Assembly (NCBI GenBank): GCA_951406725.2
Contig: OX597814.1
Coordinates: forward strand, 170,748,001-170,812,000
From: Octopus vulgaris
Taxonomy: Eukaryota
Direction of reading: 5' to 3'
Length of the DNA: 64,000 bases
Within the stretch, counting starts at the first letter, position 1, and every line of letters starts with the position of its first letter. The notes beneath the pieces are model-generated. The model did not search any database, was not told the origin of the DNA, and saw only the letters and a list, made by a program, of their open reading frames with translations. The translations under genes and the position numbers were made by a program. Shown piece after piece: positions 1-13,545 of the stretch.

Positions 1-619
1 TTTATGGTCTAAATCTCTCTCTTTCTTTCTTTCTTTCTGAATTGCACTATGCAGCAAACAACTGCAGTCAGCAGCAGAAGCAGAGAAGAAGATGTGTAGC
101 ATTTGGCATTTTTCATTTTCATATGCATGAAGAGATGATTAGATCTGAAAGTGAGTCATGATCATTTATTAGGTGTTGAAAGGCAAAACACTTTCTCTCT
201 CTCTCTCTCTCTCTTTTTTTATTTCCCCCCAGCCTTTCTTCCGTTGAGCAACCATCATCACAACCATCACCACCATTTGCTGCTGATTATAATCTGATTC
301 ATCAGTTGAAAACAGAAACTCACAGAGCCATCTTGAAAGAAGAGATTGACCCTTTTGATCCCCGCCTCCACTACCATCCTTTTTCCTCCTCTTCATCATC
401 ATCATCAACAACAGCAGTAACACACATGACTCTGAACGTTACTGAAAGGTATCATCTAGAAAGTAGCCTAGATGCTTTAAAGTTCTTATATTTGTAATAG
501 ATATCTAAATATGGCAATGAGGATGAACACACGGTAAGAACGATAATGTTGATGATAATAAAGAAAGGAAACTAGGAGAAAAATGCCAAGGAGAAAGCAA
601 CTGTTAAGAAGACTGTATC

Positions 620-830
620 ATCTTGTGGATGTTGTTTCGGTCCAAGTATTCCTGTGTAGACCAATGAAAAAAGCATTCCAGCCATGACCATCCAGTTTAT
701 TTCCAGAAAGTGTCACCAAAATCATTAATGAAAATTGTGTCTTTTTTGTTTTAATACAATGTATGGTCTGAGGAAAATTTGGCAACTATTTCTAGCAGGT
801 CAAATGACCACATAGAGGCTACCATGTTGC
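620..830 (-). mobile_element. Old interspersed repeat (family with gctagaaatagc...ggtcatggctggaatgc core)
   Basis: Reverse complement matches diverged copies at about 31890-32062, 32270-32445, 54355-54530, 55860-56025 and 62290-62480. Confidence 0.6.
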
Positions 831-1891
831 TTTTAAGTGTACGCTAGTGAAGTGCTTGTGTGCATGGGCATGTGAGAATATGTTCTTGTAGTTTTTAAAT
901 AACATTAAAAATAATATCTCTGAACAGTAACTGGAACAATTCTGTGTAGAAGGCATACATCTGAATATGAAAGTATTTGAAGAAACATAGGAGGATATAG
1001 ACCAGACACAGACTAATTCCTATACTTATTTTATCTTGGTCAAATATCTTCTAATATTTTCTGATAAAAGAGGCCTCTTTCTTTCAGGTTGTTTTTTTTT
1101 TCTTTTTTTTACCTTCCTCATAAGAAAATTTCCAAATTATTAATTAACTAACACAAGGAAATATATTTATATTTTTTTATGTTCTGAAGATTTAGTAACA
1201 AAATAAATATGTAAGGAAAAACAAACAAATTCTTGTATATCCTCAATATTGCAATTTTTAGGTGCATAAGATGAATGCACTTAAAGAAGAAGAATGATTC
1301 AGCTGTCAATATTTCATCCACACTTCAACAATTCCACAAACACATCTTTATTATTATTACTATGTGACTAACATAAAAGAGTGGCCATCATCAACAAAGA
1401 CTGTTGAAGAGTGGAGAAAAATCAAATAAAATGAGAAATACACCCAATAGTTTTTTTTTTCTCCCCATTATTATAATTTTCCTCGTTTTCCTTTTTTTTT
1501 TTTTTGGAGGGGAAGGAGCAATATTATGGGTTCATATTAAGAAGAGGTTAAAACTTCAAAACAGGGACGTTTGTATGATATACTTATTGTTTTTGTATAC
1601 CTTGTTTATATACATATATATTTGTGTAAAAAAAAAAACAAAAAACGCATTGATAACATTTATTTGTGTGTTTGTGTGTGTGTGTGTGCATGCGTGCACG
1701 CTATACAGACATGTGCACTTTCTAACTATCAAAATTTGCAACTTAGTTGTTTCCAGTTAAATGCATGTGTCTATAATATGACAGAGTGATTAAGTAACTT
1801 GTTAAAGGGTGAAACTTGAAGTCCTAGTCACATTCACATTATCAACAATAGTAATTATATATATAATATAATATATATACATGAAATATTA

Positions 1892-1929
<38 letters not shown>

Positions 1930-1932
<3 letters not shown>

Positions 1933-2240
1933 GTATTTAGGAATGGTCATGTTGCCAGTTTAGCCAATAAAAACACACGCATTATATATTTGGTGTTACT
2001 TTGCTTCATTGTTATTTATTTTTTACATTAATCTTAAATCTTATTTCAGCCGGAGTTCGTTCGTCACACTCCTGTGACCGCATCAGTGATCCTTTGCTTT
2101 CTTCTTTCTTATTTGTGTGTCTCTCCTTACTAACCGTCAGCCATTTTGTATTTCTATTGTATGTGTCTTCATTTGCGCATGCATATATCTCTATGTTTCA
2201 AAACACGATTTCACATCAAAAATCTTGCAAAACAAATATA
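1930..2240 (-). mobile_element. Repeat embedded in (TA)n, possibly Penelope-like, with a degenerate hammerhead-like core
   Basis: Flanked by (TA)n on both sides. Minus strand reads CTGATGcg-GTCAC aggagt GTGAC-GAAc at about 2056-2086. Confidence 0.4.
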
Positions 2241-2243
2241 TAA

Positions 2244-2299
<56 letters not shown>

Positions 2300-2513
2300 A
2301 ATATATATATATATATCTATATATATATATATATATATTATAAATTTGTTTCAGCTCCATATGGGCACATAGGATGGACCCATCTCATCAGATATCAGAA
2401 AAGACTCATCTGATCTCATATGAGATGGGTTTGAATCAAACTGTTATTAAAAATATATGTATATATGTATCTCCAAACAAATGTGTTGGGTGCCTCTTCC
2501 TTTCATCTGTCAA

Positions 2514-2548
<35 letters not shown>

Positions 2549-3214
2549 GATTCAATAATATGAAGTAAAGAAGATATTAGTGAGAATAGATGGATAGACA
2601 GATAGATAATGAGATTGATTGTAGGTAGGTAGAGAGGCAGAGATTTCAACTGAAACAAATGGAGTTCATTTTATTTTAGTATAAATTAGATTGAAGACAT
2701 CTGGTTGAGTTGAAGGATTAATTTTCTAATGTTAATCATGGAAAACAACAACAGCAATAATTGGTAAGAATATACAAAGAAGGCAATAATGATAATGACG
2801 ATGATGATAATGATGGTGATTAAAAGATAAATTGAAAAAAAAAAATAATAAAAAACAAACAATAAAGATAGCAAAAAATATAACCAGTAATGATGATAAA
2901 AGTTTTAATCGGAGATTTCACATGATTGTCAAATATTTAATACTTATTTAGTCGTATTCAATAGAAAAGTTTACACAGAAAGGTGTTTCTCTTGAGATAG
3001 GCTCACCTATAGTACAGAATAGGATTGAAAAAAAAAAAAAAAAAAAAAACCAAATGGGGAAAAAAAAGAACAAAAATAGGACAAAAGGTTTCAACAAAAA
3101 TTAAATTAACAAGATGTTTACAAAATTTTAAAAAGAGTCAAAACAATGTATGTATAAAAATGAAATAAACAAACAAAACAAAACTAAAAGCAAGTGACAT
3201 AGAACAACAAAAAT

Positions 3215-3760
3215 ATACATATGTATGTATATATATATACAAACACACATGTCAACACATGAATGTATACACACATACATGTGTATATATGTGTGCGTGT
3301 GTGTTTGCTTGTGCATATACATATATGTGTGTGAGTGAGTGTGTGTGTGTGTGTATATGCATATATACATACTTGTTATGAGAATGTGAGTGTGCACACA
3401 CACATATATATATGTATATATATATATACATATATGTATATATATACATATATATGTATGTATATACATATATATGTATATATATACATATATATGTATA
3501 TATATACATATATATGTATGTATATACATATATATGTATATATATACATATATATGTATGTATATACATATATATATGTATATATATACATATATATGTA
3601 TGTATATACATATACATATGTATATACACATATATATATACATATATATGTATATATATATATGTATATATATACATATATATGTATATATATATACACA
3701 TACACACACAAGAAACATATATATATATATGTTTATGTATACACACACACACATACATAC
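3215..3760. repeat. Compound (TA/CA/TG) micro/minisatellite with ~18-nt period (tatatacatatatatgta)
   Basis: Directly visible. It is the source of six overlapping spurious YI/HI ORFs. Confidence 0.95.
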
Positions 3761-4283
3761 ATCACCACCACCATGCAAGAGAAAAGCATGGTAAAGAACC
3801 ATTGAAATCATCAGATAGCTAGATCTAGATCTTCCAGAAACTGTAGAAGGATGGATTGGGCAGTAATACAAATAGCAGCAGCAGCAATAGTGTTTTAAAG
3901 GTAACCCCCCTTCCCCACAGGTAACACAATCAAAGGGCACGCATGCAGTCATTCACATTCTTCGGATTCAGCCAAGATATACAACGTACCACACCACACA
4001 AGGCACCACTTCTTTTCTACAAAAGAATTTGAGAAGAATAGAGCAAACCTTTCAAGAAAGAGTACTTCTCTGTGTAACTTGGAATTACACACATACAGAG
4101 GTATATATGAATGGATTTCACATAAGTTTCGATGAATGAAAGTTACAGATCTTTGAGAGGTAAAACAGTTATTATACTACAGTTTCATTGCCTGAGCGTC
4201 CAACTGCCAGTTGTACCCTTAACATAAATACCCAGGCACATTCACCCTGACTCAGTGTTTGTAAAAAAAAAAAAAAAGGTTCA

Positions 4284-4516
4284 TATTTCTTTACTACCCA
4301 CAAGGGGCTAAACACAGAGGGGACAAACAAGGACAGACAAAGGGATTAAGTCGATTACATCGACCCCAGTGCGTAACTGGTACTTAATTTATCGACCCTG
4401 AAAGGATGAAAGGCAAAGTCGACCTCAGCGGAATTTGAACTCAGAACATAACGGCAGACGAAATACGGCTATGCATTTCGCTTGGCGTACTAACGTCTCT
4501 GCCAGCTCATCGCCTT
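4284..4516 (-). mobile_element. tRNA-derived SINE with conserved central GCCTTTCATCCTTT..GGTCGATAAATTAAGTACCAG domain (Meta/Sauria-like), near full length
   Basis: B-box-like GAGTTCAAATTCC on minus strand. Flanked by aaaaaggt direct repeats (4273-4280, 4518-4525), a probable TSD. Multiple paralogues in the window. Confidence 0.85.
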
Positions 4517-4758
4517 TAAAAAGGTACAGTCTGTCATAATTTAAGTGACAGGGCATTCCACAGACAATTGTATGCTTTGCAGTGTGTATGGCCCTTCAAA
4601 TTACAGGTACAACACAGAGACCCTACATTGCTTCCAACCAACTCAATTTTACTTCCAAGGCTGTGCAGTGAGATCGAAACCTGAAACATTGTGATTGAGA
4701 AATGAATGTGTTAACGGTTCAACCTAACAACCATACCATGTAGCTGTGCCTGCATGCA

Positions 4759-4789
<31 letters not shown>

Positions 4790-6496
4790 ACTTCTACTAA
4801 CTCAAGAGTAGAATTATTTATACTATGCAATGCTGTATAGAAACAAATGTCAATCAGCACTCAGATGAAGCATTTGATTATCTCTGACCATTCTCCCATC
4901 TGCCAACCAGTCCAATTCAGTCCAGCCTAGCCTAGCTCAGTCCAGCTCAGCCCAGCCAGCAAACCAGGACATACCTGCCTCCTTGCCTCACAAGTCTAGC
5001 AATGCTTGTAATTAAATAATTGTCCAATAAAATTTGAAGGACTTAAAAATGTTTTGTTTTCTTTTTTAAATGTTATATGAGTGGAAACAAATGAGAATAT
5101 ACAAATGATTGATATTAATAATAATAATATTTGTGTTTTCCATGATTGTGAGTATGGGGAGAGCTTATAATACATCTGCAGCTAATTTCCCTTCCCGCCT
5201 TCCAACAATGAAGCTGGCATGACAGTGTGGGGGACACAAACAATCTGTTGCTAGATGGCCATCAACTGAGGCAAGAGATGTCAAATATGTTGTTCATAGG
5301 TACACCATATAAAACATGTAAGGTCTCAAATGAAGGTTGGCTGCCACAAAGTTAGAGGTCCAGCACTGACTTATCTCTGCCAATTCTGTTACAGATTTCA
5401 AAGTAGACTGTGGGTTTTTATGTTTTGTGTGTTTTTGCTGACCTTCAGTTCATGCAATGGATGTCAATGAACTCTACTATATATTTTTTACATTGATACC
5501 AGGGATACAAGTTGAAAATTTCTGAAAGAAGTGAGTGATCTAGGATGGATGTGGAAATATTCTTAAAAAATTTATATATATATAAGATATGTATATATCC
5601 ATACATACCCCCGCACACATACATCTCTCTCTCCACACAGACGTGTGTGTTTGTGTGTATACATGCATTTTAATGTTTACTTTTCAGAATACATACATAC
5701 ACACACACACACACATATATATATGCATGCATACATATACACACAAATATAGACAACAGACATGCTCGAATCTCTCCACACCTCTCTCCACACACATACA
5801 TACAGGTGCATGCATGTGTATACATGTACATATATGCATGTGTATACACACACAGATACACATAAAGATCAAATAAAATATTTGGATGGAAGATATGTCT
5901 GGCATGTTTAGTATCTGATGAAATTCAATAGTTCTTTGGAAATAAATCTGCATTGAAAATTTAAAAATAAAAATCCAATGCATAATAGTTCATGGGATAA
6001 AAATATTTGAATTTGGAGAGAGAAAAAAATGGAACAAAAAAAAAACTTTAAAAAAAAAAACCCAAAAAAAAAAAACCAGATCTTATCCTTCCAGCAGTAT
6101 GTTTGTTATGTCATTTCTGCTGAAAATTTAGGTCCCACATCCACCTAAACCCCCGCCCACCCTCATTTCAGAATAAATGTCAGTCCATTCTGAAGAAATC
6201 AGAGAAGAGGGATCTAAATTTGCATTTTGTTTTTTCGAAGTTAATGGTTTCCAGTTTTTTTTTTTTTCCTTTTCTTTCTTTTTTTTCTTAGCAGCAAATG
6301 ATTCTGTGAGTTAGTTGATTGTCCTCCGCATCAGTGAAATTCATAGAGAAGAGAAGTATCCAAGTCTTGCTTGTGACAATTTGTGGTTGGTTGCACCTTA
6401 TTCCTTCCTCATTCTGTATTCTAAAAATACTTCTTTTCTCCAAAGTGTCCGTCCGTCCGTCCGTCTGCCTGTAGCACGCAAAGTGCTAAAAACAGT

Positions 6497-6523
6497 TCAG
6501 GAACCACGACCCCCGTCCAACAT
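6497..6523 (-). CDS. Pbx: Candidate terminal Pbx exon, coding part MLDGGRGS*
   Basis: Long pyrimidine tract ending tttctttctctccag|ATG TTG GAC GGG GGT CGT GGT TCC TGA. Phase 0 fits the 13438 donor. It is followed by U-rich UTR-like sequence. No transcript evidence. Confidence 0.5.
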   Translation of the reverse strand: MLDGGRGS

Positions 6524-7397
6524 CTGGAGAGAAAGAAATAATGTTTGAAGGGGAGGGGAAAAGAGAGGAAGCGAGTCATTTTTTCATAATAAAAAGTTGT
6601 TCATGGGTGTATGTGTATTTTGTTTCATTTTTTTATTTTCTATTATTTCTTTGTCCAGTTGTGTATGAGTGTGCCTGTGTGTAAATATATGCATGTGTGT
6701 GTATATACATATATATATATATGTACACATGCACACACATATACATACATACATACACATACACACACCCCTTAAATTTTATTTTTTATTTTTTACAATT
6801 TTTAAATATTTCTTTTTTTTTTTTTCACTTCTTATCACTGTTCAGCAGTGCCACGTTGAAGTTTTTACCCACCTCAGAGTTCACAAATTCATTCTGTTGG
6901 TTTTTATTTTATTTTTTTTTCTCTGTGTTATATCTAAGGGTTCATCATTAAGTCAATAACCTACAAATATTTTTGTAGATTTACACAAGGAACTGAAGGG
7001 TAACTTCATCAATGCCACTGTCACCATTCACCATCATCATTAACCATCCACCACCACATCAAAAATAACCCACCAACATCACGACTACCATGAATACCAC
7101 CACCACCACCACTGAAACCACCACTTATATCATCATCTTCTCCAACAAAAATGACCACCACCACTGTAGTCAAAGAGCAGTTGCTGCAGTAGTAGTAGTA
7201 GTATCATAATAGACCTGTGGTGGGCATCGGATCGAGTGACCTTGCTGTGAGTTGAAGTCCTGTTGTCACATAACCGTGTGATTGATGTGTGTCTAACACA
7301 AATAGACCATGAATGTGTATGTACAGACGTCATGTCACAAATGAACAGGCACAGGGGCGCCACCTGGGAAGCAGTTACTGCAAGAAGAAGAGACGAC

Positions 7398-7415
7398 TCA
7401 GTGCTGCAGTGGCAG
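7398..7415 (-). CDS. Pbx: Alternative candidate terminal Pbx exon, coding part LPLQH*
   Basis: (CT)n tract then ctggttag|CTG CCA CTG CAG CAC TGA, followed by about 200 nt of non-repetitive, GC-balanced sequence. Confidence 0.33.
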   Translation of the reverse strand: MPLQH

Positions 7416-10400
7416 CTAACCAGATATATGACAGAAAAAGAGAGAGAGAGAGAGTAAGAGTAAGAAAGAGAGATAGATAGACAGACAGACAGAATAATAT
7501 GAAGCAAAAGATTTAATGAAACATTATGAGGCAGAACAGCAGTATGTAAAAACTGTTTCGTAAGACTACAAGATGGACAGTTGATAGGGAAAAAGATGAA
7601 ACGAGAATGGGAATTCTTTTCTTTTTGATTGAGATTTTTGCTTTATAAAGACTCATACTTTTTATAAAGACACATACTTTTAATAATATGGCTATTTATA
7701 TTTCTTTTGCTGCACTTTCACATCATGTCTGCAGCATGTAAACTTAGTTGGGGAAGACGAATAGCTTTGTAAATGAATAAATATAACACCAATCATTATA
7801 TACAGCTATACAATTTCAAAAATAAATTACAATAAATAAACTATAAATAAACTATAATAAACAACCACAAAACTTAACATATAGATATGTAATCATTGCT
7901 AACAGTTTCCTTACAAACTAACAAAATCTTTTTTAAGGCTACACACTGTATAGCATGTATTGTTGGGTGAAAATGCATTATGTCAAGCATATCCCCAGGG
8001 AAAATCTACAGGAAATTATATGCCAAAATAATAGAACTAATGAGTTAATTTTAGAAGAAGAAAAAATCTAACATAAATATGATTTTATTAAAATTCCATA
8101 ATATTAGTTTCCATAGGAATTACTGCTTATACATTATAAGGCACTGCATGTTTGTTTTACTTTTACCTGAATATACTGGTGTAAATAAATATTGATCTCT
8201 GACAATTAAAATTTAAATTGATACTGCTTTAAAGTAAAAGTATAGAGAATACTGAATAAAGGAGTGAATTAATTTTTGCTATAGGTTTTGAATATAAATT
8301 TCGTCAAATTACAATAATGAAATTCTAAAAAAAAATAGATAAAAAATGAGCTTGAAGATATGGTATTCAGGAGAAAAGAGAAACTACAAGGCTCAAAGAA
8401 CATATAAATTAACCTGATGACACAAAAATATTTCAGACACAAATCAGACTCTAGACTGAAGAACAATTAAAATAAGACAATATCTTGGCAATCCTTAATC
8501 ATAATCAAAACAAAAGACTGTTTCTGTAAAAAAAAAAAAAAAATCAACATTTAGGAGTGGGGGGTGATGATTACACACACTCATACCCACAGACACACCA
8601 CACATTGATTTAATGCAATCAGTAAGTAAAATAGTACTTAGTACTTTTCAGAGTATTCCATTTACACACACACACAAACGTGTATGTGTGTGTTAAGAAT
8701 TTGCTTGGGACAACTGATTGAATTTTCCCTGTTAAAAATTTATATTCCAAATAGAAAAAAAAAAAAACAGTCTTTCCCAACAACTAAAGAGATCTAGGGA
8801 GTTCCATGATTTGCACTAGTAATAAGCAGAGAGAATACAAAAAAAAAAAGAAAAATGATGATTGTGAACAATTTTACATAAGCTTTTTCAGATGGTACAT
8901 AGTGGCAATAAATAAATAAATATATAAGATAAAATGCTAAATAAGAGAAAGAAACAATAAGTACTTTTTTTCTTTCCTTCCCTGTTTAGAAGAATGATTA
9001 AAATCTATGAATTACAGAACACATGATAAATCATACTGAAATTGAAATATATATAGCAGAACTCACAAAAAAATATTAATATTTTCAAGTATTCTTTTAA
9101 AATACTCAATCAAAAATGAAAAGACACACATACATATACAGACATATATTCATGTGTATAAATAAATATATATATATATAAAAATATATATATATATGTA
9201 TTTATACACACATATATGTGTGAATAGAGCTAAATATATACATATAACTGGAATTCATAAGAATGTACTAAATAAAACAATACAAAAGAAACAAAAAAAA
9301 ACAATTAACTTGTAAATAATACAGAACAATATTTAAAGACACACAGACACACACACACATACATACATACATACAAACACACGCAGAAGGACAATAACAA
9401 AGAATTTCCATAAATAGAGAAATGTCCCTTTCAAATTTTGGAAGACTTTTCAACGAGAGCACCTGCTTCAGAATGTATTAGATAAAATCCCACTGATAGA
9501 AATTTACACACACACACACACACAATAAAAAAAATAATAATAAATAAAGGTAGTATTGGTGATTGGGATTTAGAGACAATACCAATAACGCCCCATTCTC
9601 TAAGGCAATAAGTCTTGTTTTGTTTTGCTTTTTAAATTGAAATATTTCAATTTTAACAAAAAAGGTACAGACGAAATGAAATGGCTAGAGCAAAGCTAAG
9701 CTAAATGGAGTGGAGAGCGGGGGCCAGAGGAAGCAGAGATGATTTATTTATATATTTGCAAAGGAATTACTGTTGTACTATTACTACACAGGAAATTTTT
9801 GAGTTAACAAACCCCTACCTAAAACATAAAAGCAAAGTAAGAGAATGCAACCGAAGAAAAGAAGAGAGAGAAAATAAAAAGTGAATTGAGGGATAAAAGA
9901 AGTGAAATATACTAATTAAAAAATTCTTTTCCACAAATTCATTTTGTTTTTTTTTTTAAATAATGGGCAGTCATAGATGTTTTACTAGAGGATAACAAAA
10001 CTTTTTGTTAATCAAACTGGATAAAATTAGTTTGGGGATAAAAGATTTCAACTGAACATAGGCAAATGGAAATTTACTTGGTAAAATTCCTTTGATAAAA
10101 ACCTACGACATTCACAACTTCCCCATCATCATTATACATCTTTCCTAAACTATCAAGTATTATGTATGCATAATATAAGAGAAAAATTTTTAAATATAAA
10201 TTTATCTACTGTCCACTCGCTCTCTCTCTTTCTTTCTCAAACACACGCATGCATATATATATATATATACATGATAGATCAGTAGCTACTACACACATTT
10301 ATTTTCTCTCCTTGTTTTTTGTAGGCTCGAACGTAAAAGACTTTTTCAATTCCTGAGCATTATACTAATACATCAATTTGTTGTCTACACCACCTGTCTT

Positions 10401-10449
10401 CATCTTTTTTTTTTTCGTAAACTCTCCCCCCATATATATATATATCACA

Positions 10450-10745
10450 CAGAACCATGGTATTGACCAGACTCTGGATATTGTTATACACCACTGGTTA
10501 TGAGGTATTTGGATAGTTTTAGTTTTCAAATGATGCCACCCTGGTGGCTAGGCAGGCAGGCAGGCCAATATTAACCCTAAATGAAATGCCAGTCTGTTGC
10601 GGAGTTACTTATTTACAACTGAGTCAACTGGAGAAACATGAAATGAAGTGTTTTGCTCAAGAACACAATGCACAGCCGGTCTGCAAATTGAAACCACAAT
10701 CTTGCAATTATGAGTGCAAACCTGAACCACTAGGCCACACAGCTT
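10450..10745 (-). mobile_element. tRNA-derived SINE (family related to 39118-39435)
   Basis: Reverse complement contains tgtgttcttgagcaaaacacttcatttcatgtttctccag, shared with 39190-39240. Confidence 0.6.
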
Positions 10746-11114
10746 GACACGGATACACACGAAGTCATACACATCTAATGTGTGTGTATGTGTGTGAATG
10801 TGCATCTATGTAAATGTATGCTAACTTGGGATTACAAACCCTTACCACAAAGATTTTGCACATCCAAGCCATGTTCTGATTCATTGAGGATCACAGAGGG
10901 CTCAGAGAAAGGTTTCCATTGCACAAAGAGCTAGTTTTACAATCCTAGCCATCTACCTTCAAGTTGAGAAGAGGACCAATTTTATGATGTTACATAGAAA
11001 CATAGATTAACCCCAAACACCTGCACATTGGTCAACGCCCATGTCAACGCCCAAGATGGAACAAGGTGGTTGCAAAACACACTTCTTAATCAGATGGCTA
11101 CACTTGTGCCTAGG

Positions 11115-11249
11115 TTTGATATTTCAATGGTGTGATTATTTATTGTTAGAATGACATTGAATGGTAGGTGAGATGTCAGACTTGACCAATTTGAACATCA
11201 AGCAGGTAGAATATTTGGGTCAGATATGGCCCCTTTAAATGCTAAAAGG
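11115..11249 (-). mobile_element. Partial TTAA MITE (piggyBac-type)
   Basis: Ends aaatgctaaaagg-ttaa. Internal match to the full copies. Confidence 0.7.
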
Positions 11250-11789
11250 TTAAAAGTTATCTATCATTTCAAAGGTGAATAGATTTCTATTAACTTCCAT
11301 TAAATTCATGCCCTTTCCCATAAGGTGGGATAAGGGATAGCAAACTGAAACCAGCTGAGAATTGAAGATGTACTAACCAGTGTTGTCAAAGTTTATTTTA
11401 TCTATCTACTTATATATACATACCGCTACATACAAATATATGCTCACATGCATGCATAGATCAACATATGCACACATACAAACATCATAAACATTCATAC
11501 ACACATTTATAAACACATATACATACACACTGCACACATGCAGAACACATACACACATTTATTTGAAGCTAATGTAGCATTTCGCTGTGATCCTGAGTTT
11601 CTTTATTCATTTCAGTGGACACAAACTGAAAGAGGTCCCAGACTTGACTAAATGAATAAACTCTACTACATACATTAGATAATTAAGTCTATCCTGTTTG
11701 TATACCCACCACCACAAAATGAAAACTAGACTATATGATAAGGAAATTGAAAAGAAAATACCTTTAACATAAGGTACAGGTTTCATCCT

Positions 11790-11940
11790 CATCATTTCTT
11801 GTCCAGCTTTCGTGCTGGCATGGGTTGGACGGATGTGTCAGAGGACCGCATCATGCTTTAGTGTCTATTTGGCATGGTTTTTATAGCTGGATGCACTTCA
11901 CAGTATGTCACTGGTGCATTTTTCTGTGCTAACAGCTATA
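11790..11940 (-). mobile_element. Degraded RTE-LINE 3' tail
   Basis: tgctggcatgggttggacgg and (tca)n tail in reverse orientation. Confidence 0.6.
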
Positions 11941-13084
11941 GTGAATACTGCTTCATAACTTGCAAGAGCTTTAAAGCAGTTATCTTAGAAAGACAGTCCC
12001 GCCACCAAAAATATAATCATATGTAAAAGTGATAACAGAGAAAATTAATAAAATAATAAAGTGAGCATTAAACTGAAATTTCTCTGAAGATATGACATCT
12101 CTCCACCATGTCTGAAAATCAAAACCATTATCTTAAAAGGACTAGTTTGAAGTGGGGAAAAACTAAGACTCTTCCTGAAACAAGTGCTTTTTCTTTGAAA
12201 GTCTTTCAAAATCAACTTGGAGAAAAATTCAACTAATAATAATATGAGAAGAGTACGTTAATTAACATACTCAACAGGAAAATGGTGAATGAAAAATGAC
12301 AAACCGAAACAGTAATGCAAAATAAATAAAAAACAGATATACAAAAATGTGTCAGGGAGTAGAGAGAGAAGTTCAATGCATGAAAATTGAGGGTTTAAAA
12401 AAATATGTAGTGATATGAATAATGGACAGATGTAAAAGTAAAGTCGTATGGATTGGAGATTTTGAATCAACGTAAATGGTCATGCTTGAAAGGGAAGATT
12501 AGAAATGAAAAAAAAAAAAAATCCTAGATTAAGGTTTGGACATGTTACATATGTATGTGTATATTTTCTTTTGTGTGTACACAAACATATACACACACAT
12601 ACATACATAAATAAATAAATAAATAAATACAAATATACATATACAATGTTTTATATGCATATGTATGTACGCATGTATGTATGTATATATGTATGTATGC
12701 ATGTATGAACAAAACTGACCAACTTTCAAGAGAATATGTGAAGAGACATTCATTAGTCTGCTAGGTTGCTAAATGAAAGAAGAAAATGGAAAAAAAAAAA
12801 AAAAAAAAAACAAAAAAAAAATGGTATCCAACCAAGAGTTTAGCAGTGACGAACTAATATGAAAGGAACATATGCATACACAAAAATCCACACGCTCACA
12901 CACATACAAAATATGTCATGCAAACATACTCAATACTGTTCTATATGGCACATGCTACACACTGACTCTTAAGCCACAAAGAGAATGTCAAATTTTGATG
13001 GCATTCGGACAAGGACAGCACTCACAGACATGCACAAACATGCACTTTTGTTTTTTTTTTTATACTAGGCAGTAGCATTATCAG

Positions 13085-13310
13085 CAACGGTAGTAGTAGT
13101 AGTAATAGTAGTAGTAGTAGTAGTAGTAGTAGAGATGGTGGTGGTAATAGTAGTAAGAGAGGTAGTTGTAGTAGTGGTAGTAATGATAGTAGTAGTAATA
13201 ATGGTAGAGTTGCTGGTACTATTTGAGGTCTGGTGGTGTTCACAGCTGTGATGATGATGATAATAGTTTTGGTGACGGTGGCGGCAGCAGCAGCAGTAAC
13301 AGCAGCAGTG
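13085..13310. repeat. (TAG)n/(TGA)n/(CAG)n trinucleotide tracts
   Basis: Directly visible. They produce the poly-Leu ORF artefact. Confidence 0.9.
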
Positions 13311-13437
13311 GGCAGTACAAAGGCATTTTTTTAAAAAATTAATTTAAGAAAAAAAAAAAAAAAGGAAAAACAAAACAAAATTTGGCTGGAGATATATTTT
13401 TCTAAACATGACCTTGAGGGGTATATGGTGATGATAC

Positions 13438-13545
13438 CTGTTGTATATGCAGGGAATCGTACATGCCACCAGTAGCTGAATTCTGTAGGGCAGCATCTGC
13501 GTTGTAGCCACCGGTCTGTGATATCACGTGTCGCAAAGCATTAAC
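13438..13545 (-). CDS. Pbx: Pbx C-terminal exon (108 nt to first donor; reads through to TAG at 13402 if unspliced)
   Basis: VNALRHVISQTGGYNADAALQNSATGGMYDSLHIQQ matches PBX1 VDTLRHVISQTGGY. Acceptor ttttgtctgtag|GTT, donor CAG|gtatca. Read-through adds VSSPYTPQGHV*. Confidence 0.93.

Noticed and set aside
3128-3952. 274-aa ORF and overlapping YI/HI/CV-rich ORFs
   Set aside because: These are translations of TA/CA/TG microsatellite with no coding signature. The same applies to similar ORFs at 2117, 5589, 22831, 30546, 44679 and 45116.
4420-4516. tRNA gene
   Set aside because: The A/B-box-like sequence is the head of a multi-copy SINE and does not form a full cloverleaf.
7133-7507. 124-aa minus-strand ORF as a Pbx last exon
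   Set aside because: It has no similarity to PBX tails and both ends run into microsatellite. Only the short acceptor-based candidates were retained.
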